This document shows, piece after piece, positions 9,214 through 19,197 of a stretch of 64,000 nucleotides of DNA. Origin of the DNA: an uncultured bacterium (lineage in GTDB: Bacteria; Chloroflexota; UBA5177; JANWHV01); NCBI GenBank assembly GCA_963827235.1, contig CAWHAE010000009.1, positions 64,001 through 128,000 of the forward strand, given 5' to 3'. The notes beneath the pieces were generated by a model, which searched no databases, had not been told where the DNA came from, and saw only the letters and a list, made by a program, of their open reading frames with translations. Both the position numbers and the translations under genes were made by a program. The first letter of the stretch is position 1; every line of letters starts with the position of its first letter.

Positions 9214-10164
9214 ATGAGCCTGGCAGAGGAGCAAACTAGGCAGTGGACATGGTCTGAAGCACTTCGTGGTGTCGTACCCCCAGTGATCACCCCACTAAAA
9301 GCAAACGGGGACGTCGACGAAGCCGCGGCGGGCGCGCTGGTGGAGCACGTTCTGGAAGCCGGCTGCAGCGGCATCTTCGCCATTGGCGGCTGCGGCCTCG
9401 GTCCGTGGCTCACCACCGAGGAGCGCAGTGTCGCTCTTCGCGCGATCGTCGCCGCCGCCCGCGGACGAGTGCCCGTGATGGCCGGCTGCATGCTGCCGGC
9501 CACTGGTCCCGCTCGCGAAGCAGCTCGCCGGGCGGAGGCGGAGGGAGCCGACGCCATCGTCGCGGGCACACCGTACTACAACTCCGTGGCATCCGCGGAG
9601 CAGCTTCGCCATGTGGAGGCCATCCTTGCCGCCGTGAGCCTGCCCGTCATGCTCTACAACATCCCGCAGTGCACGGGCTATCCCATCTACACGGATGTCG
9701 TCGCCAGCCTGGCGCGCGAGCCGCGTGTTCTGGGTATCAAGGACACCTCTGCCGACATCACCATCTTCCAGGGCCATCTCGCGCTGAAGAAGCAGCGCCC
9801 GGACTTCCGCGTATTGCAGGGAGCGGAGCGGGTGATGGCAGCCAGCATGTTGCTGGGCGGCGATGGCGTGATCGCCGGCCTGGCCAACGTCGCTCCGCGC
9901 TACTTCGTCGATCTGGTGCGCGCCGGCCACCGCGGTGACGCAGCGACCTGCCTGTCGTTGCAGGAGCGTATCACCGATCTCTACTCGTTGTTCTTCCAGG
10001 GCCAATTGCTCGCCGCCCTGATCGCGGCCTGTGGCGACCTCGGCTTTGGCAGCGGCCGTCCGTCCGAGCCCTACGAGACGCCCAATACAGCGCAACGGGA
10101 AGAGATCAGGACCGTTCTTCGCCGGCACGGCCTGCTGAAAGAGGCGGCGGTCCTCGGCGCGTAG
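9214..10164 (+). CDS. DapA/class I aldolase family (likely 2-keto-3-deoxy sugar-acid aldolase)
   Basis: PPVITPL, PYY, LYNIP, GIKDTS Schiff-base Lys; GGCG replaces the canonical GTTG. Confidence 0.85.
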   Translation: MSLAEEQTRQWTWSEALRGVVPPVITPLKANGDVDEAAAGALVEHVLEAGCSGIFAIGGCGLGPWLTTEERSVALRAIVAAARGRVPVMAGCMLPATGPAREAARRAEAEGADAIVAGTPYYNSVASAEQLRHVEAILAAVSLPVMLYNIPQCTGYPIYTDVVASLAREPRVLGIKDTSADITIFQGHLALKKQRPDFRVLQGAERVMAASMLLGGDGVIAGLANVAPRYFVDLVRAGHRGDAATCLSLQERITDLYSLFFQGQLLAALIAACGDLGFGSGRPSEPYETPNTAQREEIRTVLRRHGLLKEAAVLGA

Positions 10165-10276
10165 GCCTGCGATCGGCGGAACGACGTGAGCCGGTGGCGC
10201 ATGCGTGGAAAGCGCTCCGCGCCACCGGCCGAGCAGGTAGACTTGTGGTGAAACAGCGAGAAAGTGAGGAGAAATC

Positions 10277-11152
10277 ATGCGGCTGGTAACCTTTGTCCTC
10301 GAGGGACGGACTCGGCTGGGCGCTCTACGCCGCACTGCGGGCGTCGATGAAATCGTCGATCTCAACGCTGCCGACGCGGACATTCCGGCGGACGTACTGG
10401 CCTTCCTAGAGGGTGGAAGTGCGGTTCTGGCGCGCGCACGCGCGGCGCTGGATCGTGCAGGCGCCCAGGCGATTCATCCGCTCGGCAAGGTAAAGCTGCT
10501 GTCGCCGGTACCGCGCCCGGGCAAGATCGTCTGCATCGGCCAGAACTATGTCGCCCATGCCTCGGAATCGAACGCCGCTCCCTCGACGTATCCGATCATC
10601 TTCGCCAAGTACGCGAACACGATGATCGCCTCGGGCGACGCCATCGTGCTGCCCAAGATCAGCACGCAGGTGGACTATGAAGGCGAGCTGGCGGTCGTGA
10701 TCGGCCGCACCGCCAAGAACGTGGCGGAGAAAGACGCTCTGCAGTACGTGGGCGGCTATGCTCCCTACAACGACGTGAGCGCCCGCGACTTCCAGAACCG
10801 CACCAGCCAGTGGGTAATCGGCAAGACGTTTGACACCTTCGGCCCCATGGGCCCCGCACTGGTCACCGCGGACGACGTGCCCGATCCGCAGAAGCTCGAC
10901 CTTCGTCTCACGATCGGCGACGAGGAGCTGCAGTTCTCCAACACGAGCAAGATGATCTTCCCGATCGCCAGACTGATCGCCTACATCAGCGCCGCGATGA
11001 CTCTGGACCCGGGCGACGTGATCGCCACCGGGACGCCGGAAGGGGTCGGCGCCGCGCGGACACCGCAGCGATTCCTGCGACCGGGCGACGTCGTGCGCGT
11101 GGAGATCCAGGGCGTCGGCACTCTGGTCAATCCCGTCACGGCGGAGGCGTGA
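10277..11152 (+). CDS. Fumarylacetoacetate hydrolase family protein
   Basis: GKIVCIGQNY, DYEGEL, NDVSARD, GKTFDTFGPMGP, GDVIATGTP. Confidence 0.92.
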   Translation: MRLVTFVLEGRTRLGALRRTAGVDEIVDLNAADADIPADVLAFLEGGSAVLARARAALDRAGAQAIHPLGKVKLLSPVPRPGKIVCIGQNYVAHASESNAAPSTYPIIFAKYANTMIASGDAIVLPKISTQVDYEGELAVVIGRTAKNVAEKDALQYVGGYAPYNDVSARDFQNRTSQWVIGKTFDTFGPMGPALVTADDVPDPQKLDLRLTIGDEELQFSNTSKMIFPIARLIAYISAAMTLDPGDVIATGTPEGVGAARTPQRFLRPGDVVRVEIQGVGTLVNPVTAEA

Positions 11153-11395
11153 CGGCGGAGGTGTAGCAGCGCGCTCATCCCTCCACGAGCCCTCCAGAGC
11201 CTCTCCGTGCCTGAAGGAGCAGCTACAGGCGCGTCGCTCCCTGGACCGGCACAACAATCCGCCGCACGGTCGGCCACGTGCATGCATGGACGATGCCGGC
11301 CGGATGCCTCGGCACTTGAGGCATCCGGCCGGCATCGGCAGCACCAGCCGGTTGCTCTGGCAAGAAGTATTCACACACAGCGAGGATGGGTCTTC

Positions 11396-12397
11396 ATGTC
11401 GAACGTCGAGAGTAGCTCGGACATCCCGGCCGCGCCTGCCGGCGCGGACGTCACCGGCCTCGCCCTATCACCGGATTTTGACGGCGACCGCACTGCGTTC
11501 GCGGCCACGCTCGCCGGCCTGTACCACTCGACCGATGCCGGGTTCACCTGGAAGCGTCTCGGGCCGCCCTCCGGAGGGTCGTCCCTGACCGCCGTGGCCG
11601 TCTCTCCTGCCTTCGCGGGCGACCGTGTGCTGCTTGTGGCCGGCCTGGACGGCGCTCTCTACCGCGTGACCGCCGGCGGGACGGCCTGGGCTGCCGCGCA
11701 GCTGCCGAAGTATGGCGAGGGAATCGTCGCGCTTGCCATGTCGCCCGTCTTTCCGCGCGACGGCACGGCATTCGCCGCCGTGATGTCGGGCGGCGTGCTC
11801 GTCTCCCGCAACGGTGGCTCGACGTGGGAGCCGGGCGCGTTCGGATTGCTCGACCTCGACGTGCTGGCCCTGGCCGTGTCTCCGGCGTATGGGCAGGACG
11901 AAACACTCTTCGCCGCCACGGCCTCGGGCGTGTTCCGCAGTCCGAATGGCGCGCGGGCCTGGCGAGAGGTCGGCGCTCCCGGAGAAGGTGAAGCCGTGCA
12001 GTGCCTGGCCATCTCGCCCGCCTTTGCCGAGGACGGCACCCTCTTTGCCGGCACGGACGGTGCGGGCCTGTTCTGCTCGCAAGATCGCGGCGTCACCTGG
12101 CGGCCGATGGCGCCGGCGCTGCACGATACCAGCGTCAACGCAGTGGTGCTCTCCCCCGGCTTCGCCGTCGACCGCACGGCATTGATGGCCACTGCATCCG
12201 ATCTGTACGTCTCCCACGACGCTGGAGAGACCTGGTCCTATTGCGTGGATGCCCCGGGCGCCCTGTGCATCGCGGTCGCGCCGTCATTCCCCGCCGACGG
12301 ACTCGTTCTGGCCGGTCTGGCGGAGAACGGCGTCCTTCGCTCGACCGGCAACCTCTCGGGCTGGCACTTCGCGAACGCGGGCATGGCTCCTGCGTGA
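11396..12397 (+). CDS. BNR/Asp-box beta-propeller protein
   Basis: Repeated S-x-D-x-G-x-T-W units (STDAGFTW, SRNGGSTW, SQDRGVTW, SHDAGETW) with SPxF spacers. Confidence 0.75.
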   Translation: MSNVESSSDIPAAPAGADVTGLALSPDFDGDRTAFAATLAGLYHSTDAGFTWKRLGPPSGGSSLTAVAVSPAFAGDRVLLVAGLDGALYRVTAGGTAWAAAQLPKYGEGIVALAMSPVFPRDGTAFAAVMSGGVLVSRNGGSTWEPGAFGLLDLDVLALAVSPAYGQDETLFAATASGVFRSPNGARAWREVGAPGEGEAVQCLAISPAFAEDGTLFAGTDGAGLFCSQDRGVTWRPMAPALHDTSVNAVVLSPGFAVDRTALMATASDLYVSHDAGETWSYCVDAPGALCIAVAPSFPADGLVLAGLAENGVLRSTGNLSGWHFANAGMAPA

Positions 12398-12503
12398 GGC
12401 CCAGCGCCGCCGCCGCACGCGCGCCACGACCCACCCAGTAGGGACGGCCTCCGGCCGCGGCCTGCAGCAATAGCCACGTGGCCGCGGCCGGCTCGTCCCT
12501 GCC

Positions 12504-12636
12504 CTCCTCGCAGCTGGAGGCTCCCGTCCACCCGGGACCGCAGTCCCCCATCCGCTGCCATGCGACCTCAGTCGCAGGCTTGGTCCACCCGGCCGCCGCC
12601 GGCCCCGTGCCTGCCTTCCTGCCGCAGCTGGAGGCT
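12504..12636 (+). repeat. Cluster of REP-like hairpin elements (CNCA-loop family)
   Basis: GGGAC-CGCA-GTCCC then CTGCCA-TGCGAC-CTCA-GTCGCA-GGCT at 12533-12580; two CGCAGCTGGAGGCT copies; lies between convergent genes. Confidence 0.7.
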
Positions 12637-13073
12637 TATATCGTCGCGGCCGCTTTCCAGCTGGCGTCCGCCGCGGCATGCGGCGAGGCGGGCATGATCT
12701 GCATCAGCTCGATGCGATTGCCGTCAGGATCGGTGATCCAGTACTGCCAGTTGCCGTCGATGCCCTGGCTGGGCTCACCGACGATCTCCAGTCCCCGTCC
12801 GGCAAGATCGCGCAGCGTCGCCTGTATGTCGTCGACCGCGAGACTGAAATGGCTGTAGCTGGCCTCACCGTCCGGCGGCGTGATCTTGTGCGCGACGGGG
12901 AACAGCTCGATGAACTGGCCCGGACTCACCTGCAGGTAGACGATCCATGGCGATGGCGATCCGTCTCTGTCCAGGGTAAAGGCTTCTTTGAAGCCCAGCT
13001 TCTTGCAGTAGAACTCGCGGGCGCGTTCCAGGTTCGAGATGTTGAACGCGGCATGCCCAATCCCGGTGATCAC
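12636..13073 (-). CDS. VOC/glyoxalase family protein
   Basis: ITGIGHAAF..FYCKKLGF, FIELF, HFSLAVDD, WITDPDGNRIELMQ; GTG start after GAGGAGG. Confidence 0.9.
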   Translation of the reverse strand: MITGIGHAAFNISNLERAREFYCKKLGFKEAFTLDRDGSPSPWIVYLQVSPGQFIELFPVAHKITPPDGEASYSHFSLAVDDIQATLRDLAGRGLEIVGEPSQGIDGNWQYWITDPDGNRIELMQIMPASPHAAADASWKAAATI

Positions 13074-13286
13074 TTCTTGCGCCTCCTCGACCGCGCACGC
13101 GGTCACGTATCTGCTGTACTCACGATTCACGCCATCGCCGGCCGCCGCGGTGCACGGCGGCATCGGAGCGGCCTTCCACCCGCACACTCCGCGCCGGAAG
13201 CAGAGGTGCCGGAGGACCAGCAGCCGCTCAAACAAACGATTGCGGACAATCTTTTGTCCAGACCTTAACACAGCGACTGGAGGCTG

Positions 13287-14375
13287 TCAACCGCCGTTCG
13301 AAGGCGGCGCGCACGATTCGCGAAGCACCAGTGACGGCGGGAAGATCACGGTCCGTTCCCGCTGATCGCCGCAGGCTGGCGTCGCGGTGTCGATGGCGTC
13401 AAGCAAGGCGTTGGCGGCGTGCGAGCCCATGTCCTCGATCGGCTGGCGCACGGCAGTGAGGCTCGGCGTGCAGAGCGACGAAAAGGAGATGTCGTCGAAG
13501 CCGATCAGCGACAGATCGCCGGGCACCTTCAAGCCTTCGGACGACATCGCCTTGAGCACCGTGATCGCCGTGACGCAGTTGTTGACGAGCACGGCGGACG
13601 GCGGCTTGGGGAGTGCAAACAACGGCATCAGCGTCTTGCGAACCGACTGCAGGTCGCGCCCGCCGACGGTAACTTCAAGGCCCGGTTTGTCCGGCAGGTC
13701 GTGGAGAGCCAGGAAGCCGCGATAGGCCTGCCTGCGCAGGCGATCCTCCCAGGAGTGCGGGTGGAAGCCGTCGAGCACGTACGCGATCTGACGGTGGCCG
13801 AGCTCGTAGAGATAGTCCATGGCCATTGCCATGCCGGCGCCGTGCCCGACCGTGACGGACCACTCGCCGGCTACGCTGGGCCGGCTGCCGACGGTCACCA
13901 CGTGCTTGTGCAGCCGCACCAGACGCTCCATGGCTTTCGCGAACGTCTTCTCCTGCTCCATGTTGCGCGTGAGCGTGTCGCCAATCATCAGCACGCCGTC
14001 GACACGATCGGCGCGCAGGATGTCGCTGAGCGCCCAACCTTCGTTCGAGTCGTGCTCAGCAGTGCCGAGCAACAGATGATAGCCCCGCGCGCGGCAGGCC
14101 GCGTTGATCACGTGGAGCAGCTCACAGGCAAAGGGATGCGATAGGTCGAACACGATGGCGCCCACGCACCTGGTCTGTGCCGTGCGGAGACTGCGTGCCC
14201 AGGCATTGGGACGGTAGTTCAGCTGCCGGGCAGCCCGCTTCACGCGCTCGATGGTATCGGCACTGATCGATACGGTGCCGTTCTTGTCGTTGAGCACGCG
14301 CGACACCGTCGACGTCGACACGCCGGCTTCGCGAGCGACATCGCGGATGCCGCCTGAGAGAGGTATCTCGGCCAC
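13287..14375 (-). CDS. LacI family transcriptional regulator
   Basis: IRDVAREAGVSTSTVSRVLN, YRPN..ARSL, VPGDLSLIGFDD. Confidence 0.92.
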   Translation of the reverse strand: MAEIPLSGGIRDVAREAGVSTSTVSRVLNDKNGTVSISADTIERVKRAARQLNYRPNAWARSLRTAQTRCVGAIVFDLSHPFACELLHVINAACRARGYHLLLGTAEHDSNEGWALSDILRADRVDGVLMIGDTLTRNMEQEKTFAKAMERLVRLHKHVVTVGSRPSVAGEWSVTVGHGAGMAMAMDYLYELGHRQIAYVLDGFHPHSWEDRLRRQAYRGFLALHDLPDKPGLEVTVGGRDLQSVRKTLMPLFALPKPPSAVLVNNCVTAITVLKAMSSEGLKVPGDLSLIGFDDISFSSLCTPSLTAVRQPIEDMGSHAANALLDAIDTATPACGDQRERTVIFPPSLVLRESCAPPSNGG

Positions 14376-14531
14376 CGCGACCCTCGCATTAGCAAACGAT
14401 TGACTGTGGTGCGTCCACATCCTAGCACGCCTCCTGAGCGCCGTCAACGGTGCTCTGAGCCCGATGCTATGCCGGGAATTGCGCGCCTCTGCGCCGCGGT
14501 CGTCGCGGATCGCACACCTTCACAGAATCGC

Positions 14532-14603
14532 TTGACGCACAACGCCGTGCGTGCTAGTGTAGGCAAAGGATTTTACACAAACGTTTTCCGTGAAGCGTTT
14601 TGA
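14532..14603 (+). promoter_or_regulatory. sigma70 promoter with LacI-type operators
   Basis: TTGACG 14532-14537, 17 bp, TGn-TAGTGT 14555-14560; AAACGTTT and GAAGCGTTT boxes downstream. Confidence 0.6.
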
Positions 14604-14619
14604 CGGGCGGGATTGCGAC

Positions 14620-15720
14620 GTGGGCGTGGGAATACGTGACGTAGCCAAGCTGGCCGGCGTGGCGCCGTCGACCGTGTCACGCGTGCTCAATGGCAAGGGC
14701 GCCGGCGTGCCGATCAGCGAGAAGACGGCAGAGCGCATCCAACAGGCTGCGGAAACCCTTCAGTATCGGCCCAATGCCGCGGCGCGCAGCCTCCGCACCA
14801 CGCATGCGCAAACGGTTGGTCTCATCGCTCGTGACCTGCTGCACCCGTTCGTCGCCGAGCTGCTGCGTGTCATCTCCGCCGAGTGCCGGACCCGCGGCTA
14901 TCACTTGCTGCTCGCGCACGCCGAGCACAGCATCAGCGAGGGCTCGATGCTGGGTGACATTCTCAGCGCCGATCGCGTCGACGGCGTCCTCATTATTGGC
15001 GACATCATGTCGGACGCCTCTCGCATCGAAGATACGGAGCGCCTCATTCAAACGCACGGCCACGTGCTGACCGTGGGCGCCCACCCGAGCGTAGCTGGCG
15101 AGATATCCCTCGTGGTGGACGACCAATGCGGCGTCTCGCTGGCGCTGGAGCACCTGCTGTTGCTCGGCCATCGCTCCATCGGCTATATCGCGCGGTCCAG
15201 CGGGCCCGAGCCGTGGGAGGACACGCAGAGGCGGTCGGCCTATGAGCAATTCCTCAGGCGCCACGGCATGCCTGTCAGGAGCGAAGCCGAGCAGGGTGTC
15301 GACGACAGCATAGCATCGGTCACGCAGGCACTGAAGGTGATGATGGCTCTCCCGGATCGGCCCACCGCCGTGTTCGTGAACAACGATTTCACGGCGCTGG
15401 CCGCGGTCAAGGCCGCGTTGATGTGTGGCCTCCGTGTTCCCGAAGACCTGTCGATAGTCGGCTTCGACGACATGCCATTCGCGGCACTGTGCTCGCCGGA
15501 GCTCACCACGGTTCGCCAGCCAATCGAGACCATGGGCCGCTATGCCGCGAGCATTCTTCTCGATCGGATCACCGGTGTGGATCCACCGTCTGTCCTGCCG
15601 GAGGGCATCCCGGATGGCAACACACTCGTGTTTGCTCCGACACTGGTGTGTCGTGAGTCGGCGTGCTCGCCGTCTCCGCAGTCGCAGAGCTACGGCGCGC
15701 AACCGACCCCGGCAGAATAG
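14620..15720 (+). CDS. LacI family transcriptional regulator
   Basis: IRDVAKLAGVAPSTVSRVLN, YRPNAAARSL, VPEDLSIVGFDD. Confidence 0.92.
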   Translation: MGVGIRDVAKLAGVAPSTVSRVLNGKGAGVPISEKTAERIQQAAETLQYRPNAAARSLRTTHAQTVGLIARDLLHPFVAELLRVISAECRTRGYHLLLAHAEHSISEGSMLGDILSADRVDGVLIIGDIMSDASRIEDTERLIQTHGHVLTVGAHPSVAGEISLVVDDQCGVSLALEHLLLLGHRSIGYIARSSGPEPWEDTQRRSAYEQFLRRHGMPVRSEAEQGVDDSIASVTQALKVMMALPDRPTAVFVNNDFTALAAVKAALMCGLRVPEDLSIVGFDDMPFAALCSPELTTVRQPIETMGRYAASILLDRITGVDPPSVLPEGIPDGNTLVFAPTLVCRESACSPSPQSQSYGAQPTPAE

Positions 15721-15866
15721 TCCGCGAGCAGAAAGGGGGACAGGCTGCAGGGTAACCTCCCTCGTCCACGCGCAACTCGAAGAGATTCGCGCTTTGCCGA
15801 GCTGAACGCTCGTTCTTTCCCAGGCATATAGTGGGCCAAGGTCATGCTCGAAGGAGAGTTCACACC

Positions 15867-17225
15867 ATGAGTCTCGATTCCTCTCTGTCCCGGCGCCGTT
15901 TCTTGGCAGGCGCTGCCGCCACCGGGGCGGCCGTAGCTGCAAGCTCTGTCCTTCCCTCCCAAGCCCAGGCTTCATCCGCGAAGAGCCCGGTGGAGATCAC
16001 CTACTGGTATCCCTGGGGCGGCGACTCGAAGACCTACGAAGAGAACCGGATGAAGCAGTTCAATTCGACGCATCCCGCCATCCAGGCAAACGGCCTGTAC
16101 GTGCCTCCCGACAGCGGTGTGACAAACGGCAAGCTGCTCTCCGCCATCGCCGCCGGCAACCCGCCCGATCTCGTGGTGACCAACCTTTCCGGCGCCGCGG
16201 CAGTGCTCGGCTATCAGGGAGGTCTGATTGATCTGAGCCCATACTTGAAGGCGGTCAACTGGACGCCGAGCGAGATGGTGCCGGGCATACTCCCGCTCAT
16301 GACGTACGGCAACAAGATCTGGGCCCTGCCCGAGACCGGCAACCTCACCTACTTCTACTGGAACCGGACCATGTTCAAGAACGCCGGCCTGGATCCCAAC
16401 AAGCCGCCGACCACACTCGCGGAAGTCGACGCCTACGCCGAGAAGCTGACCACCAAGGACAGCAAAGGCAACTTCAAGACCATCGGCTTCATTCCCTGGG
16501 CCTGGGACGGCAACGATCCCTGGATCTGGCCCTGGGTCTTTGGCGCCAACTTTACCAAGATGGTCAACGGCAAGCTGGAGCTCACGCTGACCGATCCCGC
16601 TACGATCCGCGCACTGAATTACCTGGCCAGCTACAGCAAGAAGTACGGCGTCTCCAAGCTCCAGTCGGCCGTGTCCTCGTTCGGCGCCGCGTTCTCGCCG
16701 AACGACCCGTTCATCTCTGGCCTCACGGCGATGATGGTGGGCAGCGATTACCATACCGAGGCGCTGCGCACCTACAATCCGAAGCTCGACTACATGGTGA
16801 CTCCGATGCCGATGGCCCCCGGTGGGCGAAAGCTTGCCACCGAGCTCTCGTGCAATATCTATATGGTGCCGCTCGGCTCCAAGCACCCGCTGGAGGCCGT
16901 GCAGTTCGCCATGTGGGCCGGCAACGGCGTGGCGGTGATCGGCAACGAAAACGTGTGGCATACCTACAGCGGGTACAAGCAAGGTGCGAATGCTCCGAAG
17001 AACATCTGGCAGCAGCGCGGCGATCCCGTATATAAGGTCACAGAGCTGCTGCTGGCCTCGGGAGCAACGACCAACGGCCCATTGCTGCCGATTTCCGCCC
17101 AGCTGAACAACGAAATGCAGACTGCCGAGCAGTCAGTCTACTATCTCAAGTCCACACCTGAAAGCGCGTTGTCCGATCTGCAGAGCCGCATGCAGCCTCT
17201 CCTGGACAAGGGCATGCATCAGTAG
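15867..17225 (+). CDS. Carbohydrate ABC transporter substrate-binding protein, Tat signal
   Basis: SRRRFL twin-arginine motif; AGNPPDL, YWNRTMFKNAGLDP; AAGGAG RBS. Confidence 0.88.
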   Translation: MSLDSSLSRRRFLAGAAATGAAVAASSVLPSQAQASSAKSPVEITYWYPWGGDSKTYEENRMKQFNSTHPAIQANGLYVPPDSGVTNGKLLSAIAAGNPPDLVVTNLSGAAAVLGYQGGLIDLSPYLKAVNWTPSEMVPGILPLMTYGNKIWALPETGNLTYFYWNRTMFKNAGLDPNKPPTTLAEVDAYAEKLTTKDSKGNFKTIGFIPWAWDGNDPWIWPWVFGANFTKMVNGKLELTLTDPATIRALNYLASYSKKYGVSKLQSAVSSFGAAFSPNDPFISGLTAMMVGSDYHTEALRTYNPKLDYMVTPMPMAPGGRKLATELSCNIYMVPLGSKHPLEAVQFAMWAGNGVAVIGNENVWHTYSGYKQGANAPKNIWQQRGDPVYKVTELLLASGATTNGPLLPISAQLNNEMQTAEQSVYYLKSTPESALSDLQSRMQPLLDKGMHQ

Positions 17226-17241
17226 TCCGCGGCAATGACCC

Positions 17242-17277
17242 GGGGCCGTGGCGCGCCGATCGGCGCGCCACGGCTCT
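17242..17277 (+). terminator. GC-rich intercistronic hairpin (mRNA stabiliser or attenuator after SBP gene)
   Basis: GCCGTGGCGCGCCG-AT-CGGCGCGCCACGGC perfect stem, no U tract. Confidence 0.5.
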
Positions 17278-17396
17278 CACGGCGCGAGCAGTGGCTGCGC
17301 TGGCGCGGTGGGTACGGGGTCTCTGGTCGCGCAAGCCCATTCCAGGGGTCGGAACAAGATGCATTTGCCGGCCGCGTGAGAGGAGAGGGGTCAACA

Positions 17397-18317
17397 ATGC
17401 GGATGGGTGCTCACGAACGTCGCAACCTCCGTGTGGGTCTGATGTTTGTCAGCCCGTGGTTGGTCGGATTACTCGTTTTCTATCTGTACCCAATTGCCGC
17501 GTCCGCCTATTACAGCTTGACCGACTACAACGTGCTGCAGCCTCCGACCTGGGTGGGCTTGGACAACTACAAGGCGATCTTCAATGATCCGCTGTTCTGG
17601 ACTTCCCTTGGCAATACGCTCTTTCTGGTCGTGGTCGGCATCCCTGTCTATACCATCGTGGACATTGCCGTGGCCATACTGCTGAACAACAAGGTGCCGG
17701 GTCAAGCCTTTTACCGCACCGTGATCTTCCTGCCTACCCTGATCCCGGCCGTCGTCCTCTCCGTGCTGTGGCTCAGGCTCCTGGATCCGCGAAACGGCCT
17801 GGTCAATGTCGTGCTGTCCCAGTTCAACATCAATGGGCCCGGCTGGTTCTCGGACCCCGACTGGTCGAAGCCCAGCTTCATCTTGTTGACGCTCTGGGGC
17901 ACGGGCAATTCGGTGGTGATCTACCTGGCCGGCCTCCAGAACGTCGACAGTACCCTGTACGAGGCGGCCGACGTCGACGGCGCCAACTGGCGCCACAAGA
18001 TCTGGCACATCACGCTGCCCAGTCTCTCTCCCGTGATCCTGTTCAACATCATCCTGGCGGTGATCGCCACCTTCCAGTATTTCACACAGGTATTCATCAT
18101 CAGCACCGTCGGCGGCAACGGCGCCAATGCCGCGCCGGGCTCGCCGCTGAATTCGGTGCTCTTCTATTCGCTCTATCTCTACCAGAACGCCTTCGCCTAC
18201 CTGCACATGGGGTACGCGTCCGGCCTGGCCTGGATTCTGTTGATCATCGCGCTGGCGATGACCGTCCTGATCCTCCGCACGTCGGCAAGGTGGGTGTACT
18301 ATGCTGGCAGCAGGTAG
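17397..18317 (+). CDS. Carbohydrate ABC transporter permease (MalF-like)
   Basis: WVGLDNY, YLAGLQ..LYEAADVDGA EAA motif, HMGYAS. Confidence 0.92.
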   Translation: MRMGAHERRNLRVGLMFVSPWLVGLLVFYLYPIAASAYYSLTDYNVLQPPTWVGLDNYKAIFNDPLFWTSLGNTLFLVVVGIPVYTIVDIAVAILLNNKVPGQAFYRTVIFLPTLIPAVVLSVLWLRLLDPRNGLVNVVLSQFNINGPGWFSDPDWSKPSFILLTLWGTGNSVVIYLAGLQNVDSTLYEAADVDGANWRHKIWHITLPSLSPVILFNIILAVIATFQYFTQVFIISTVGGNGANAAPGSPLNSVLFYSLYLYQNAFAYLHMGYASGLAWILLIIALAMTVLILRTSARWVYYAGSR

Positions 18318-19197
18318 GCGTCCCAAAGCACCGCCATCGGTGTCGATGCCGCTGGTGCACCGCCGCACGCTGAACTGGCGCAAGATCGCGCGCGTCATGG
18401 TGGTCGAAGCGCTGCTGATCCTGATCGCCATCCTCTTCTTCGGCCCGTTCGTCTGGCTCATCTCCACCTCGCTGGCGCCTGAAAGCCAGCTCTTCACGCG
18501 CTCGATCGTGTGGATCCCTTCGCCGATCCAATGGTCGAATTACGCCAACGGGCTGAACGAATTCCCGTTCTGGACCTACTTCAAGAACACCATGACCATC
18601 TGCGCCCTGACCGTGATCGGCGCCACGGCTTCGTCCTCGTTCGTGGCCTACGGCTTCTCGCGCGTGCAGTGGCGCGGTCGTGAGACGCTGTTCGTGGTGG
18701 TGCTGGCAACGCTCATCCTGCCGTACCAGGTGACGCTGATCCCGCTCTACCTGCTGTTCAAGGACTTCGGCTGGCTGAACACGTACCTGCCGCTGGTGGT
18801 GCCGTCGTTCTTCGGCAACGCGTTCTTCATCTTCCTGTTCCGGCAGTTCTACCTGGGCCTGCCGACCGAGCTGTCCGATGCGGCGCGGATCGACGGCTGC
18901 AGCGACCTTGCCATCTACAGTCGCGTCATCCTTCCACTCTCGAAGCCGGTGCTGGCGACGGCGGCGATCTTCTCCTTCATCGGCGCCTGGAGTGACTTCC
19001 TGGGCCCCCTGATCTACCTGACGGACTCGAGCAAGTACACGCTGTCGATCGGCGTGCAGCAAGTGATCGGCCAGGAGCCGCACTGGACGTGGCTGATGGC
19101 CGTCGGAGTGGTCATGACTCTACCCATACTCATCCTGTTCTTCTTCGTGCAGCGCACCTTCATCCAGGGAATCAGCTTCTCGGGAATCAAGGGATGA
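18301..19197 (+). CDS. Carbohydrate ABC transporter permease (MalG-like)
   Basis: LPTELSDAARIDGC EAA motif; QRTFIQGISFSGIKG terminus. Confidence 0.92.
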   Translation: MLAAGRRPKAPPSVSMPLVHRRTLNWRKIARVMVVEALLILIAILFFGPFVWLISTSLAPESQLFTRSIVWIPSPIQWSNYANGLNEFPFWTYFKNTMTICALTVIGATASSSFVAYGFSRVQWRGRETLFVVVLATLILPYQVTLIPLYLLFKDFGWLNTYLPLVVPSFFGNAFFIFLFRQFYLGLPTELSDAARIDGCSDLAIYSRVILPLSKPVLATAAIFSFIGAWSDFLGPLIYLTDSSKYTLSIGVQQVIGQEPHWTWLMAVGVVMTLPILILFFFVQRTFIQGISFSGIKG

